Made by a program: the position numbers and the translations under genes. 64,000 nt of DNA from the human T2T-CHM13v2.0 reference genome, Homo sapiens, in NCBI RefSeq assembly GCF_009914755.1, contig NC_060933.1; one strand, written 5' to 3'. This document shows, piece by piece, positions 1-14,646 of this stretch (positions are counted from its first letter, which is position 1; every line of letters starts with the position of its first letter). Under the pieces are notes generated by a model. The model saw only the letters and a list, made by a program, of their open reading frames with translations, did no database searches and had not been told where the DNA came from.

Positions 1-390
1 TTTACTTTAGGGGTAGTGATTTTGATGTCCTATTTAGAAGTGTGTAATTATCCCATGGTCATAAAGCTGGTCTCCTGTGTTTCCTTCCTTCCTTTATTGT
101 TTTATCAGTCACATTTAAGTCATGATCCATTTGGAATTTTTTTTTGTTTATGATGTGAGGTAGGAATTCCGTTTTCTCATAGTGTGTTGAAGATGTTTGT
201 GTTTATGAGCTCAGTTGGCCTATAATTTTCTTTTATTGTATTATTCTTGGCTTATTTTTATATAAAAGTTATGCAGTCCTATAAAAGAAGTGAGTGTTCC
301 CTCTTTTTCTGTTCACTAGCAGAGTTTGGCAGTTGGAAGAATTTACTGGTGAAACCCATCTGAACCTGAAGTTTTATTTTGAGATTCTTT

Positions 391-394
<4 letters not shown>

Positions 395-442
<48 letters not shown>
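395..442. repeat. (TG)24 microsatellite at the tail of an antisense Alu
   Basis: Perfect TG run seen directly. Confidence 0.97.
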
Positions 443-446
<4 letters not shown>

Positions 447-729
447 GAGACAGGGTCTGGCTTTGTCACTGAGGCTGGAGTGCAGTGGTGCAATCTCGGT
501 TCACTACAACCTCTGCCTCCCAGGCTTAAGCCATCCTCTCACCTCAGCCTCCAAGTAGCTGAGACCAGAGATGCATGCCACCACACCTGCCTAATTTTTT
601 TGTAAGTTTTGTAGAGACCGAGTTTTGCCATGTCACCCACACTGGTCTCAAACTCCTCAGCTCAAGTTATCCGCCTGCCTTGGCCTCCCAAACTGTTGGG
701 ATTACAGGCGTGAGCCACCTCATCTGGCC
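443..729 (-). mobile_element. Alu (AluJ-like)
   Basis: gagacagggtct...ggattacaggcgtgagccac. Confidence 0.92.
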
Positions 730-2559
730 TCCATTTCTCTAATGGGTATAAGACTTTTCAAACTTTCTTTCTTACCCAGTTTTGGTGAGTTGTGGCTTTT
801 CTAGATATTTGTCCATTTTATCCAAATTTTCAAATTGATTGACATAATCAAGTTGTTCATAGTATCTTTTTACTGTCTTTTTACTATTTGTAGGATCTAT
901 AGTGATAATTAACATGTTTTTCATTTCTGGTGCAATAATTTGTGCCTTCTCTCTTCTTCTTGCTAGTTTATTAGTCTTTTCAAATCCGTCTCTTACATTA
1001 CTTTTTATTATAAATTTCTTTCCCATTTTATTGATTTATGTTCTTAATTGTAGTGTTTCCTTCCTTCTACTTTTTTGGATAGATTTCTTGTTCTTCTAAA
1101 TTTCTTGGTACAGTTGATACTCACCTTTTCTTCTTTTGTAGCCTATGCACTAAATCGTATTATTTTCTGTTTAGGCAATAACTGCATCCCACAACTTTGA
1201 TATGTATTGTCATTATCATTCAGTTGGAAATATTTTCTAATTCTCATTGATTTTTTTTCTTTTACCAGAAAGAATTGTTTATTTTATATATATATATACT
1301 ATACATATATCATATATATTTTTGTATTATATTAAATAATATACTTATTATTATTTAGGAATATATAATTGCTTGTCAAATTATCTTCTTGTAATTGATT
1401 TCCATTTTATTCTACTTATATTAGAGATCATATTCTGAATTATTTAATCCTTTGAAAAGTTGAGACTTGCTTTATGTCCCAGCATTTCTATGTTGGTAAA
1501 AGTGACATACAAACTTGAAGAAATGTGTATTCTGAAGTTGTGTGTGTTGTTCTTCTTTATGTATCAATTAAGTCCAGTTTGATATTTGCATTGTTCACAT
1601 CTATATCTATACTGTTGTTTTGCTCCCTGTTTTGTCAGTTGTGGGAAAAGATGGGTTAAAATCTCTTAATCATAGATTTGCCTATTTCTCTTTAATTCTT
1701 TTAATTTTTGCTTTCTATATGTCTATAGGCATTGTTATCAGATCCATACAAAAATCTAGGATTGTTATATATACCTTCCTGTTGAATTTTAAAACCTCCC
1801 TCTTTATTTCTAGTAATACTTCTTGTCTTAGTCTGTTTTGTCTGTTAGTATATAGGTATACCAGCTTTCATTTGCTTATTGTTCCTATGGTATCACTTTT
1901 TTCAACCTTTTGCTTTGAATCTTTATGTTCTATTTGTTCTTATATGTAAGGTGTATTTTTCCCCCAGGAGAATATAGCTGAATATTGTTCCTTTGCCCAG
2001 CCTGACAACATTTATCTTTTAATTGGAATATCTATAATAATGGATATATTTATGTTTAGATCTATCATCTTACACTTTTTTGGTCCCATCTATTCTTTAT
2101 GCCTTGTTTTTGATTAAACAAGTCTTTTTTATCCCATTTTCCTCCTCTGTTAACTTATAAGTTATACATTATTTTATTCTTATAGTGTTACCATACAGAT
2201 GTAAACGTGCACTCTTGCATTATTAAGATCTACTTTAATTTTGTGTTTTCATCATTTTTTGGACAATGCAAGAACTTTTCAAAACTAGCTTCAGTTACCC
2301 TTATTTGTGTTATTATAATGTTAATTCTGTATATATTTAGAACCCCACAAGACGTCACTAGTATTGTTTTAAACAGCTTATTCGTTGAGAATCACCTACA
2401 TATTCACACTTTCCAATATTCTTCATTCTTTTCTCATTAACTTGCTGCCATCTTTTTTCCTTTTGCCTGAACATCTGTCTTTATTTTTTAGCGCTTGACT
2501 GCTAACAATGAATTTGCTCATTATTTTGTGTGACTGCAGCTGCATTTTACCTTTATTTT

Positions 2560-2853
2560 TATTTTATTTTATTTTTTTAGATGGAGTTTCGCTCTTTTGC
2601 CCAGGCTGGAGTGAAGTGGCGCAATCTCAGCTCACTGCAACCTCCTCCAGTTTCAAGCGACTCTCCTGCCTCAGCCTCCTTAGTAACTGGGATTACAGGT
2701 GCCCGTGACCACGCCCGGCAGATTTTTGTATTTTTAGTAGAGATGGCTGTTCACCATGTTGGCCAGGCTGGTCTCGAACTCCAAACCTCGTGATCTGCCC
2801 ACCTCGGCCTCCCAAAGTGCTGGGATTACAGGCATGAGCCACTGCACCTGGCC
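2560..2853 (-). mobile_element. Alu (AluS-like)
   Basis: Alu consensus; TSD ttacctttattttt. Confidence 0.93.
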
Positions 2854-2956
2854 TTACCTTTATTTTTGAAGGATGCTTTGCTTAGTATAAATTTTAGACT
2901 TGTAGCAATTTTCTTTTAGCATACTAAAGATATCATCTGTTTTCTGGCTTCCATCA

Positions 2957-3367
<411 letters not shown>

Positions 3368-3400
3368 TTATGTGGGAAGTTGAAAAAGAAAAATAAAGAA

Positions 3401-3707
3401 GGCTGGGCACAGTGGATCACACCTATAATGTCAGGATTTTGGTAGGCTGAGGCAGGCAAATCGGTTGAAGCCAGAAATTGAGACCTCCCTGGGCAACATA
3501 GTGAGACCCCTGTCACTACAAAAAATGTAAAAATTAGCCAGGTGTTGTGCATGCAGGTAGTCCTAGCTACTCAGGAAGCTGAGGCAGGAAGATCTCTTGA
3601 ACCCAGGAGCACGAGGCTGCAATGAGTGATAGCACCATTGGTGACTATCCAGCCTGGGTGACAGAGTGAGACCCTATCTCTAAAAAAAAAAGAAAAGAAA
3701 AAGAAAA
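3401..3707 (+). mobile_element. Alu (AluJ-like)
   Basis: Diverged Alu dimer with A-rich tail. Confidence 0.9.
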
Positions 3708-4439
3708 TTTTCTCTTTGACTTAGATTGTCAGCATTGTTATTCTACGTGCCTACATTTAGTTTTCCTTGTATTTATTTTGCTTGGTTAGGAAAGCTTCTG
3801 GAATCTGTAGACTGAGGTATTTTATTTTGGAAAATTCTCGACCAATATTTTTAAAATATTGCTACTTCCCCATTCTCTCTTCTCTTTCTGAGACTCTTAA
3901 TTACAAATATGTTAGACATTTCACTATGTCCCATGTGTCTATTTTGCTATTTTCTGTATATTCTTTTCTATTTTTTCTATATTCTTTTCTCTCTCTGCCT
4001 CAATTTGATTGTTTTCTATTGACCTTTCAGTTCACAAATCATCTATGTGTTACACCTGCTTGTTACCCATTTATTGAATTCTCAATTCATTATTGCCTTT
4101 TTAATAATTTTTAAAGCTTGAAACAATCTTAAACTCCAAAAAGTTGCAAGTGTATTACAGAGAACATTTTTTTCTCAACGAATTTTGAAATTAAGTTGCC
4201 AGCCTGATGTAGCATCACCTGCAAGTGATTTCCTGTGATTTTTCTACAAATAAGGACATTTTCCTACATAACCATAATATAATCATCAAAATTAGGAAAT
4301 TAACCCTGATGCATTCTTTCCCTCTAAACGTCTATTCCTATTGAAGTTTTGCCAGTTGCCCTAACAGTGTCTTTTATTGGAAAAGGATCTAATCAGAATC
4401 ATGTATTGCATTTAGTTATATCCTGTTCCTCAGTCTTTC

Positions 4440-5030
4440 TTCAACTTTCCTTGCCCACTCAGACTCCAACACCCAACTGTGCTCTGCCACCCACATACAT
4501 ACAGATGCCATCCTTATCAGCTCAACCTATAATGCCCTGCACTGGGCCATCCTCCCAACCAGAGACACCTTCCTTACTCCATTCAACCTTTAACATTTCA
4601 TCCTAGGACACCCTCCTACATGGAAGCCTTCTTCATGCTGCTTAGGCTATGACACCTTATGCCAGGTCACCCCCATGCATGGAAGGCCTACTCACCCCAG
4701 TCAGGCCCTGACTCTTCACACAGGGCCTCTCCCCATGCCTCCCCCTGCTGCATGGATGCCCTTCTTAACCTGCTTAGATTATGGCACCACATACCAGGCT
4801 GCTCCTCCATGGATACTTTTTTCTCTTGACTCAAGCCCTGTAACTGCTTGCCAGATTGCCCCCATAGTGTAAGATATTTCTCACCCTACTGAAGTTCCAA
4901 CACACCTCAATGGGCAATTCTCCTATGCAGATGCCCTCCATGCCCTTACTGGAGGCCATTGCATCTCCATCAATACACACATACTGTGGTATAAATGTCT
5001 ACCTCATCCTGCCCTACCAACAACTTTAAA
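4440..5030. repeat. Degenerate ~60-bp tandem array, probably L1MC-type 3' UTR repeats
   Basis: A recurrent ATGGA(T/A)GCC(C/T)TCTT-like motif occurs at about 4501, 4561, 4620, 4679, 4752, 4809, 4869 and 4925. Confidence 0.6.
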
Positions 5031-8000
5031 AGTGCATAGTTCAGGAAAAAAAGGGAAGAAGAGGAAGAAGAGAAAAAGGAAAGAATTCTAGAATTTCTGT
5101 TTTGTTAATAGATTCCAATGCTCTAGTAAAATTCTCTGTCTTTTCATTATTTTCTTTAACATATTCAAATTATTTTTGTGTCAGAGAACTTGAATAATCC
5201 ATGTTATCTGTAGGCCTATTTGTATTGCCTGATCTTTCTCTTAGTTTTCATTCATTTGGTCTTGTTTTATGGTGTGCCTGTTAACTTGCTATTGAATGCT
5301 GACCACTGTGTATGAAAACTTTTGAAGATGTTATCTTCCTCAAGAAAAGATTTAAAGTTCTGCTAGCCAGCACGTAAGGTGGGTGGATCACTTTAATGCA
5401 GTCTAGACTGATCTATTTCCAGTTTCTGTAACTCTTACAGTTAAGCCCTTCCTGGATTTCAAATGAAAGCTGGATTGTCCAAGGCATCTCTCCTCTTTGG
5501 AAGGCCCCCACCTGAATTACTATTTTTGACTCCTCAGTGCCATGCAATTGCCTCTTGGTGATTTCTTTCTGCTTGGCTTTTCTGTATCGTTTCTCCATAT
5601 GTGGCTTAAGATCAGCAATTTCTGGAAGGAAAATTATATGCAGAGTGTTGACTCATTTTTCTGTGGTTTCATTCCTCCAGGATCTCGGTCTCTCAAGCGC
5701 TGGCTGGCTGCTTGGTAGCCCTGCACTTGAATGTTCATGTACCTGTTCCACTGAGATTGCTGTAGACTTCAGGCTGCTGCTTTCTGTTTGGGTTCTATGT
5801 CCTGCGCTGCAGCTCTGCAAATGCCTTAAGAGAAAAACATGGTGACCAGAGCAGGAATCACCTCTATGTATTTCCCTTCTTTCTGTAATTTTTGCTTCTT
5901 GAGTTCTGGTTCATTTGATTGTGTTCCAGTGAATTTTATCAAGGTTGATTCTCAGCAGGAAGAAGAGTATAATACCAGCGACTTCATCATAGTCCTAAGT
6001 GGAAGTCCTCCACGTGCATGAATTTAAGTTTTCTATACATCATGGCTTCTTTGTTTGTTCTTTATTTCTTTTATTAACCAGTTCTACCTTTTGCTAGATA
6101 GATTGCGGGTGTTGGATTTTTGGTTCAAGATTTTATTCCATTATGCTTCATCTATTTCACAATCCTTTAAAAAAAAACCTTCAATGAGATATATTTTACA
6201 TACAATATACAGTCCTTTAACAATTGTATTCAGCTTTATTGCCACATTACTGAATGTTAAAAATAAATGTTTGCTCCTCACTATGTCTTATACCCTGTAT
6301 CTTCCCCTTTGTTCTATCCATTTTTCATTTTGCCGGCAAATATCTGTAACTAATTTTTTTAAAGATAGGGTGGGTGCTTGGATGCTACTTCTTTCATGAT
6401 TGAAAATATCTTTATTTTGCCCTAGCATTTGAATGCTGCTTTAGGTAGGTAATAAATTTCTTCATTTACAGTCTTTTTCCCTCACAACTCTGAGGAGACT
6501 ATGTCTTTTTTTTTTTTTTTTTTAGCCATTTGGTGTTATAGATGAGAAATCTGATTCTTCTCGCTATGTTGACAGCTCTAGTGCCTCTTGGTGGCTTTTT
6601 TTTTTTTCTGCCTACCAGAAAAGATTGTAGAGTTTTTTCTTTGTTCTTAGACTTTGGAAATTTCACCAAGATATGTTTACATGTATGTCTTCTTTCAGTA
6701 TTTCTATTTGACAGTTCATGAACCTTAATATCCTAAAGTTTCAAATCTTTCTTTGATTAATGGAACTTTTCTTATATTATTTGTTTCATCCTTACACGTT
6801 TTTCCTTTGAATTCTTAGGATAGATATTCAGTCTCCTGGATCTGTCTTTCATATCTCTTAACTTCACCCTCATAACTTCTTATGTCTTTGCCTGCCCTGT
6901 AGGGAAGAGTCCTTCTAGATCACTAATTTGCCTTTAGCCATGTTCATTCTAGTACTCAGCTCATCTATTGTTTTTAAAATATATTTTTTCAATCATCTTA
7001 AATTTCCAGGATCTTTCTTGTTTTCCTGTTTTTCCTTTTCCAGTAAAGACTGTTCTTATTTTAAGGATGTTATCCTCTCAAATCTCTAATGATATATTTG
7101 AAATGTCTAATTTTTTGTCTTTGGTTTTCCAGATTAAGTCTCCTTTCAGGGGGACGAGTAGGGAACATGAAATTAGCTTTTCTGCTTGCGTAGCTTGGTG
7201 ACTGTCATGCTACTGGTTTTCCCCATTGCCAAGTGATGCTTATGTACTCACATTTTAAAATTCAGGTCTAGATTGATCATTAATGGTAATTGATAGGGAT
7301 TTCCTTAGCTATTGCTAAAGGCTCCTGTCTGATAACACTTGGATTGAGCTCTCATTTCTGCAGGCCATGGCTGAGCACAGGGTTCTGCAAGTGGACTTCA
7401 AGCAGCTATGATAAGTGGCTGAAGAAGTGTTCATGAATAGGCTTCCCTTCAGGGTGCCTGAGCTGGCAACAAGCTGGGAAACTGGAACTGTCCCAGTGAT
7501 AGACACTAGGAAGGTGTTATTTGAGAGATGGCAGCGGTCAGGGATTTCTTTGCTTTTCTTAGCTGCTTTGCTTTTTCCCTTGTCCATGTCCAATGGGACT
7601 GCCCAGAGTTACCAGAGGCAGTGCTCCCTTTCCTTTCTCTGGCCCCTCAGGGTGGCTTCCACAGCAAATATCCCTCACTTCACGCAGCCGTACTTGCCAG
7701 CACTTGTGCTGGTGGTAGATGATGTAAGGGCATCCGCAGCCTAAACTACCACTATCTCATAGTCCCTTCTTTCTCTCACGCCCAGCTCCTCCTCACCTTA
7801 AGCTCGGGGTTTGTCCTGTCCTCTGGCAGAAAAAATCATTCACATCTTCGTTTAGTAGTTCCCGCTTTTTCCTGTGTTCAGTTATAAGTTACTACCTTTG
7901 TTTGTTTCTTCACCAATATAGTCTTTTAAAAATATCCTCAGCAGCATAACACAACTCCTACCTCCAAAATTTTGAAAGCAGTTTATTAAGTATATGAAAT

Positions 8001-8389
8001 TTAATCCATAAATATAATCATGAACGAACCATATATGTCATTTAATCATTTTCACATCATTTCTGTCCCATTATGTAAGCAGATAAGTATTCTTTATTTG
8101 TTTCACTGTGTACTGGGATTTAGGTTTCCTTTTTCAATGTATACTCTCTGTCCTGTGATTTTAAGAAAATTTTAAGAAATTATTTAGCGGTTTAATGTGA
8201 TAATTAATCATGTTTGAAACAGTAGTGGTCATCTAAACAAAGCAGGCTTAGTTATTCTTATTGAAGGTTCATCTGAGTACATTTGGGGGACCAAGGCATT
8301 TTTTCATAAGCACAAGCTAGTATCTAAATTGCATTCTTTACTGAGAATTTTATCCTTATAGTACCTGATTCTTTCACTGTAGTGACTCA

Positions 8390-8640
8390 AGCATGGAGTC
8401 AGAGACCCGGGTTCAAATCCTGGCTCTTCCACTTATTAACTCCATAATTTAAACAGCCCAGTGCCTGGCACAGAGAGGGTACCTTGGTAAATATTGGATG
8501 AGTGAATATGTGAAGTTACTTACATGTATGAGGCTGAGTTTCCTTACCTTGAAAACAGGAATAACAAAGGGATTGCTTATGGATTATAGACAATTTATGT
8601 AAAACCTCTTGGCATATAGTAGGCATCAATTAGTGCTACG
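8390..8640 (+). mobile_element. MIR interrupted by an L2 3' tail fragment
   Basis: MIR core gagtcagagacccgggttcaaatcctggctct; L2 tail cagtgcctggcac...gatgagtgaat at about 8459-8507; MIR then resumes. Confidence 0.65.
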
Positions 8641-9007
8641 TATAACAATAATAAATTTTATACAAGAGTCCTTTTATTAATATCAAGCAAGTCCCACAAG
8701 TAATAGGAGTTATCCAGGTTGATGGGGTGGTGAGAGAAGTCTACCTACAAGACACAGTTGCTTCAGATAGTTTCCAGCATTTTTTCTTCCTCTCTTGCTG
8801 TAAACATTTATTAAAGCAGAGTATGTTCAACAGTTCTGGGCAGGATCAAGATTGAAAGCACAAAGACATGGTCCTAAGGGGCATGCAGACCAATTGAAGA
8901 GACCTTCTGGACACAATGAGAACACACTCCTAAAAAATAGTAAAGCAAATGTGAGGCATAGACTGAAGAAGAGAATAAGGGAGTGGAGTGAGTGTGAGGA
9001 AAGGTTA

Positions 9008-9496
<489 letters not shown>

Positions 9497-9999
9497 TCAG
9501 AGGGAGCAGGAAAGGTGAGGTGAGGGAGGTAAAGTGAACCCAATTTGCAGTTCACCTTGGTCATTGCATTAATTTTTCATTTTGCTGTTTCCCACAGCCC
9601 TAGCCAGTTAGCACCTTGTTTGAATACATTCATCAATAGTCCAGAGAGGGTGAGAACTATTAGATGAAGTGTTTTTACTTTGAGATGCTCTACCTTGACT
9701 TACAATTTGAACAGATTAAGCCTGGTTTTAGCAGATCACAGGGTCTTAAGAAAAGCCAGCTAAGGGTTGTGAGCTAGTTATTCCTTTGGCAACCAACATT
9801 TAAAATTGGACATGTTGAGACCTGTCTTTATCTGAAGTAATTATGGCAAGTTAAACCATGTTCCCTTTCCTCTGAGGAGATGTGAGCCCCTCTGAAATAT
9901 TCCTCCCTCCTTCCTACAATTTTTCTCTCACTTGACCTTCCCTTCTGATTCAAAGCTGGTTGATGGGTTGTGGAATCAGGATTTAAACACCTCTCTCTA

Positions 10000-10401
<402 letters not shown>

Positions 10402-10838
10402 TTACAAATAAATGATAGGTCTTCATGTGCTAAGGGTATATCATTTTTTATTTGCTTTCTCTTTCTTCCTTTTGATTGTTGTTGTTGATAGAAATGCTAT
10501 TTTTTCAGTGAAAATTTTAGATAGAACAGTCTTTGATTTTCAGCATTTATTTTTATACCTCTATTATTGGAATGCCTGCATTAGTACATAAGCTAGTATA
10601 TATGGCAAAATTGTTGGGATTAAATGCAAGCTTACTGCATTGATTCCATGCTATAAGTATTGTTCCCTACTTATTCTAATATATACAGATAGATATAGAT
10701 ATACATATACTTTAATAGACATTTCATGTTTTAAAGTGTTGTCTTTTAGAGTTTTCTGTTATTTATCATCCCAAGATGTAATTCTCTAAAGAAGGGAATG
10801 GCAAATTATTTTAATGCTTTTATTGTTTTTATTTCTAG

Positions 10839-11011
10839 CTTATTCCACTAAGCTCAACAAATTTCCTGTATTTAATATTAATGATGACTTGAATGATCTG
10901 TGTACCAGTGCAGTAAGCCCAAATACTACCAAAGCCACGCGGTACGCCTTGAATGTGTGGCGTTATTGGTGCATGACCAACGGGCTCAAAGACCACACAG
11001 ACATCACCAAG
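10839..11011 (+). CDS. KIAA1958: KIAA1958 penultimate coding exon (N-terminal/core-binding-like part of the Crypton-derived region)
   Basis: Acceptor ttttatttctag|CT at 10837-38 and donor AAG|gtaagg at 11012. The 173 nt translate to (A)YSTKLNKFPVFNINDDLNDLCTSAVSPNTTKATRYALNVWRYWCMTNGLKDHTDITK and join in frame to the exon at 24447. Confidence 0.93.
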
Positions 11012-11775
11012 GTAAGGGACTCTTGAGTTTACTTCTTTCAGCCAACTTCACTGAGCTTCCAAATGCCAGGCACTGTGCTAAGCATTGTAGGGAACACAGA
11101 ACGGTGGCTTTCTGCCTGGGGAAACTTTGGAAGAACATGAAATAGATAAAATCCACACACAAAGCAGAATTTAACAAGCGTTTTATGAATTTATAGATTG
11201 GAAATGCCTGAAAAGTTCAGAGGGCTAAATTAATTTCAATTTGGTAAAACTGGAGAGAGAATTGATATTTAAGTGGTTTTTTTTTTTTTGAGGAAAGATA
11301 AGATTTTAGTAGAATTAGATGAGGACGGGAGCCTTCTAGGCTGAGTGATGTGAGGAAGAATAAAATTTGGGGAGACAGACTCACTTGACTACAGCAGAGG
11401 CCTCATATCTTGGTATCATGGACAATAAAACCAGATTCTGATAACCCTTAAGTGCCAGGCTAAAATCTTGTGAACACTGGAAAATCACTGAAATATCTTG
11501 TTTTGTTTTTGCTAAGGAGAGACTTTATTTGAAAGGATTATTGCAGGGGCAGAGAAAGGGACTATTGTAGTAGGGAAAACACTGTGACCATAAAATCTGC
11601 AAGCATCCTAAGGATTAGACAAAAGGGAAACCACTGAAGTTGTTTGAGAGAGAAGAAACATAATGAAAGTGGTATTTTAGGGAAATAATTGGAAGTGATG
11701 AGCAAAAAGTTAATGTCCTTGGTCCTCCATTTCCCCATTTGTAAAATGAGCTCTTAAATTTCTTCCAACTTGAAA

Positions 11776-11950
11776 GCCAGGGGTACTGGCACACACCTGT
11801 AACAGTCCCAGTTACTTAGGAGGCTAAGGCAGGAGGATTGCGTGAACCCAAGAGTTCAGGGCTACAGTGTGCTACAGCCATGACTGTAAATAGCTACTGT
11901 ACTCCAGCCTGGGCAACATAGCAAGACGCTGCCTCTAAAAAACAAACAGG
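11776..11950 (+). mobile_element. Alu monomer (FRAM/FAM-like)
   Basis: Single Alu arm; flanking repeat tccaacttgaaa. Confidence 0.8.
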
Positions 11951-14324
11951 AAAACTGAAAAACTCATCCAACTTGAAATGCTTGAGGTTTGTAAATCGAA
12001 GGAAAAAATCTTGGACATGTGGAGATAGAACATAAAGGTACTGTATTTTGATTTGACTGCATTGAGTCTAAATCAGATTTGCAGATGGAAATGGCCAACA
12101 AAGAGTTAGGAATGTGGGACTTAAAACATGGTGGAACTGTTAAAGCTGGAAGTATACATTGAAAAGTCTTGCAAATAGAGGTCATAGTTGAAGCCCAAGG
12201 GCAAGTGAGATCTCCAGGTTTGAGTGATGTGCTTAGGGAATCAACAACAGATGAAATAGGACAGGAAACCCAGGTTTCTACTTCTGGCACCATGGTACAC
12301 TACATAGTGTGAGGGGCCTTTCTACTGTACTTGAAGACAGGGAAACATCCATGGGACCAAAAAAAAAAAAGTGCAACAGAAGCAGTGACCAGTAAGCACA
12401 TATGAAAGGCAGGGTCCTGTCTGAGAGCATATGTTGATAACATTATTTTAAAAAGGGAAGATGAGCTGATGAATCCTTGATGAAAAAGAGGACCTGAAAG
12501 GGTCCTAAAGTGGTTCTAGGTAGGTAGCATACCCTGGCTCCTGGCAAAGTCATATGATAATACTCTTTTAAGGAAAATATCCAAAATGTAGGTGCTCAGG
12601 TTTTTTTGCAGATTCAGAGCAACTACATATGTGCTCGTTAAAAAAAACAAAAAACAAACAAACAAAAAAAACAGCGCTGAAGGAAATAAACCACAATGCA
12701 TGAGGATGAATAAAAACAACAAACAACAGATTTAGACACGAAGGCCTTTAGATGGCAGATTATAGACTATATATGAAAACATATAGAAATACGCAACAAT
12801 ATACTAATCACAGTAATCTAGCAGATTTAAAAACAAATTGAAATTTCCATTTCTTGCCAGAATTACCCTCCTAGAAAACCAGACACAACATGTGAAACAA
12901 TTCTTTTTAGACAGAATGGGCTGCACAGAATGTGAGCCCTAAGGCACAGGAAACAAGTGAGAGGAGCGCTGTCATCTCAGGATTTCTGCCTGGAGGCAAT
13001 TTCTGAACTGCAATGAAGGGAGGGGAATCTGCTCAAAGTTTGGCAATCTCACTAATTTGAGGGTAGGCAGAGATCACAGTTTAGAAAGGCTGAGGATACA
13101 AGTTCACTAGAAAGAAATTTCATCGTTTATTGAGAAAAAAATGACAAAATTCAGAATCCAGTATTGTAAATTTCACAATTTCTAGTGTCCAATCAAATAT
13201 TACTAGACATGGGAACATGTGACTCATACATGGGAGAAAAATCAGTTAAGTCTTTCACTTTGGCCAGTTTGCAGAGCCAGATTTACCCTTATTCTTGAAC
13301 AACCATAAAACAGATGAAAGATATAAAACAATGTTTTTCAAGGCATTATATAATAGGCTAAGGACAGTGACCTCCAAGAGACAGCAAACAAGGTAATACC
13401 TGTGACTGCTCCAGCTTACTGCCTTGAGAGAATTAATAGTAGGTTTGTGGTACAGGGAGGGAGAATCCAGTCAGAGCCCAGCGGACTTGCTGAATTAAGG
13501 AAATGGAGCTGAGAGTCCAGAGAGACCAACATGGCTAAAGTTGTCATGACAGAGCACTCAGAACTAGAGAGCTGCACAGCAACATAACCTAAGAGCTCTG
13601 AAGATAATCTCCCTCAAATACTCAGCTGAGTACTGATCAACATATATGTGTGAGGAAGCTATCTGAGGCTGACAAAGAACTGCCTGAAGAGATTAGAGGG
13701 AACAGTACTTGGCACTCACACAGAATTGGAAACTGTACCTGTTCCCACCAGCCAAACTGGAAAAACCTCAGGATTCATGGGGTACTCAGAAAGGACTTGC
13801 ATCAGGTATGGGGAATAATTAGCCCTAGACAGAGCACTGCTCTAATCCCATCCAAGAAATCTTGAAAATGCTTTGATCCAAAATGAGAATCTCACAAGGA
13901 TCCAAAAGGATCAAAGCATTTTCAAGTAACTTAATCATGTCCCAGAACAAAGTTTCAGAATATGTATAGTAATGTAAAAATATCTAGAACACAAGAGATA
14001 AAATTCACAATGTCTAGCATCTAAACAAAAATTATCAGACGTGCAATGAAGCAAGAAAATACATCCCTTAAAGGATGAATCCATCAAAACCAGGCCAGAA
14101 CTAACTAGATTATATAACTAGAAGACAAGGACATTAAAACAGTTATTGTAACTATATTTGATAAGTTCAAAAATTTAAGTAGAGACATGGAAAATATAAA
14201 AAGGACCAAAAATGAACTTACAGATATAAAACTACAATGTGTGATGAAAAATAAATGCTTATGCATATTTTACTTAGAGAAGAAAATATGTGAACTTGAA
14301 TGTATAGCAATAGTAACTATGTAA

Positions 14325-14646
<322 letters not shown>

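Noticed and set aside
4440-5030. CRISPR-like or prokaryotic repeat array
   Set aside because: Mammalian context, degenerate units with no repeat-spacer structure, and no cas genes.
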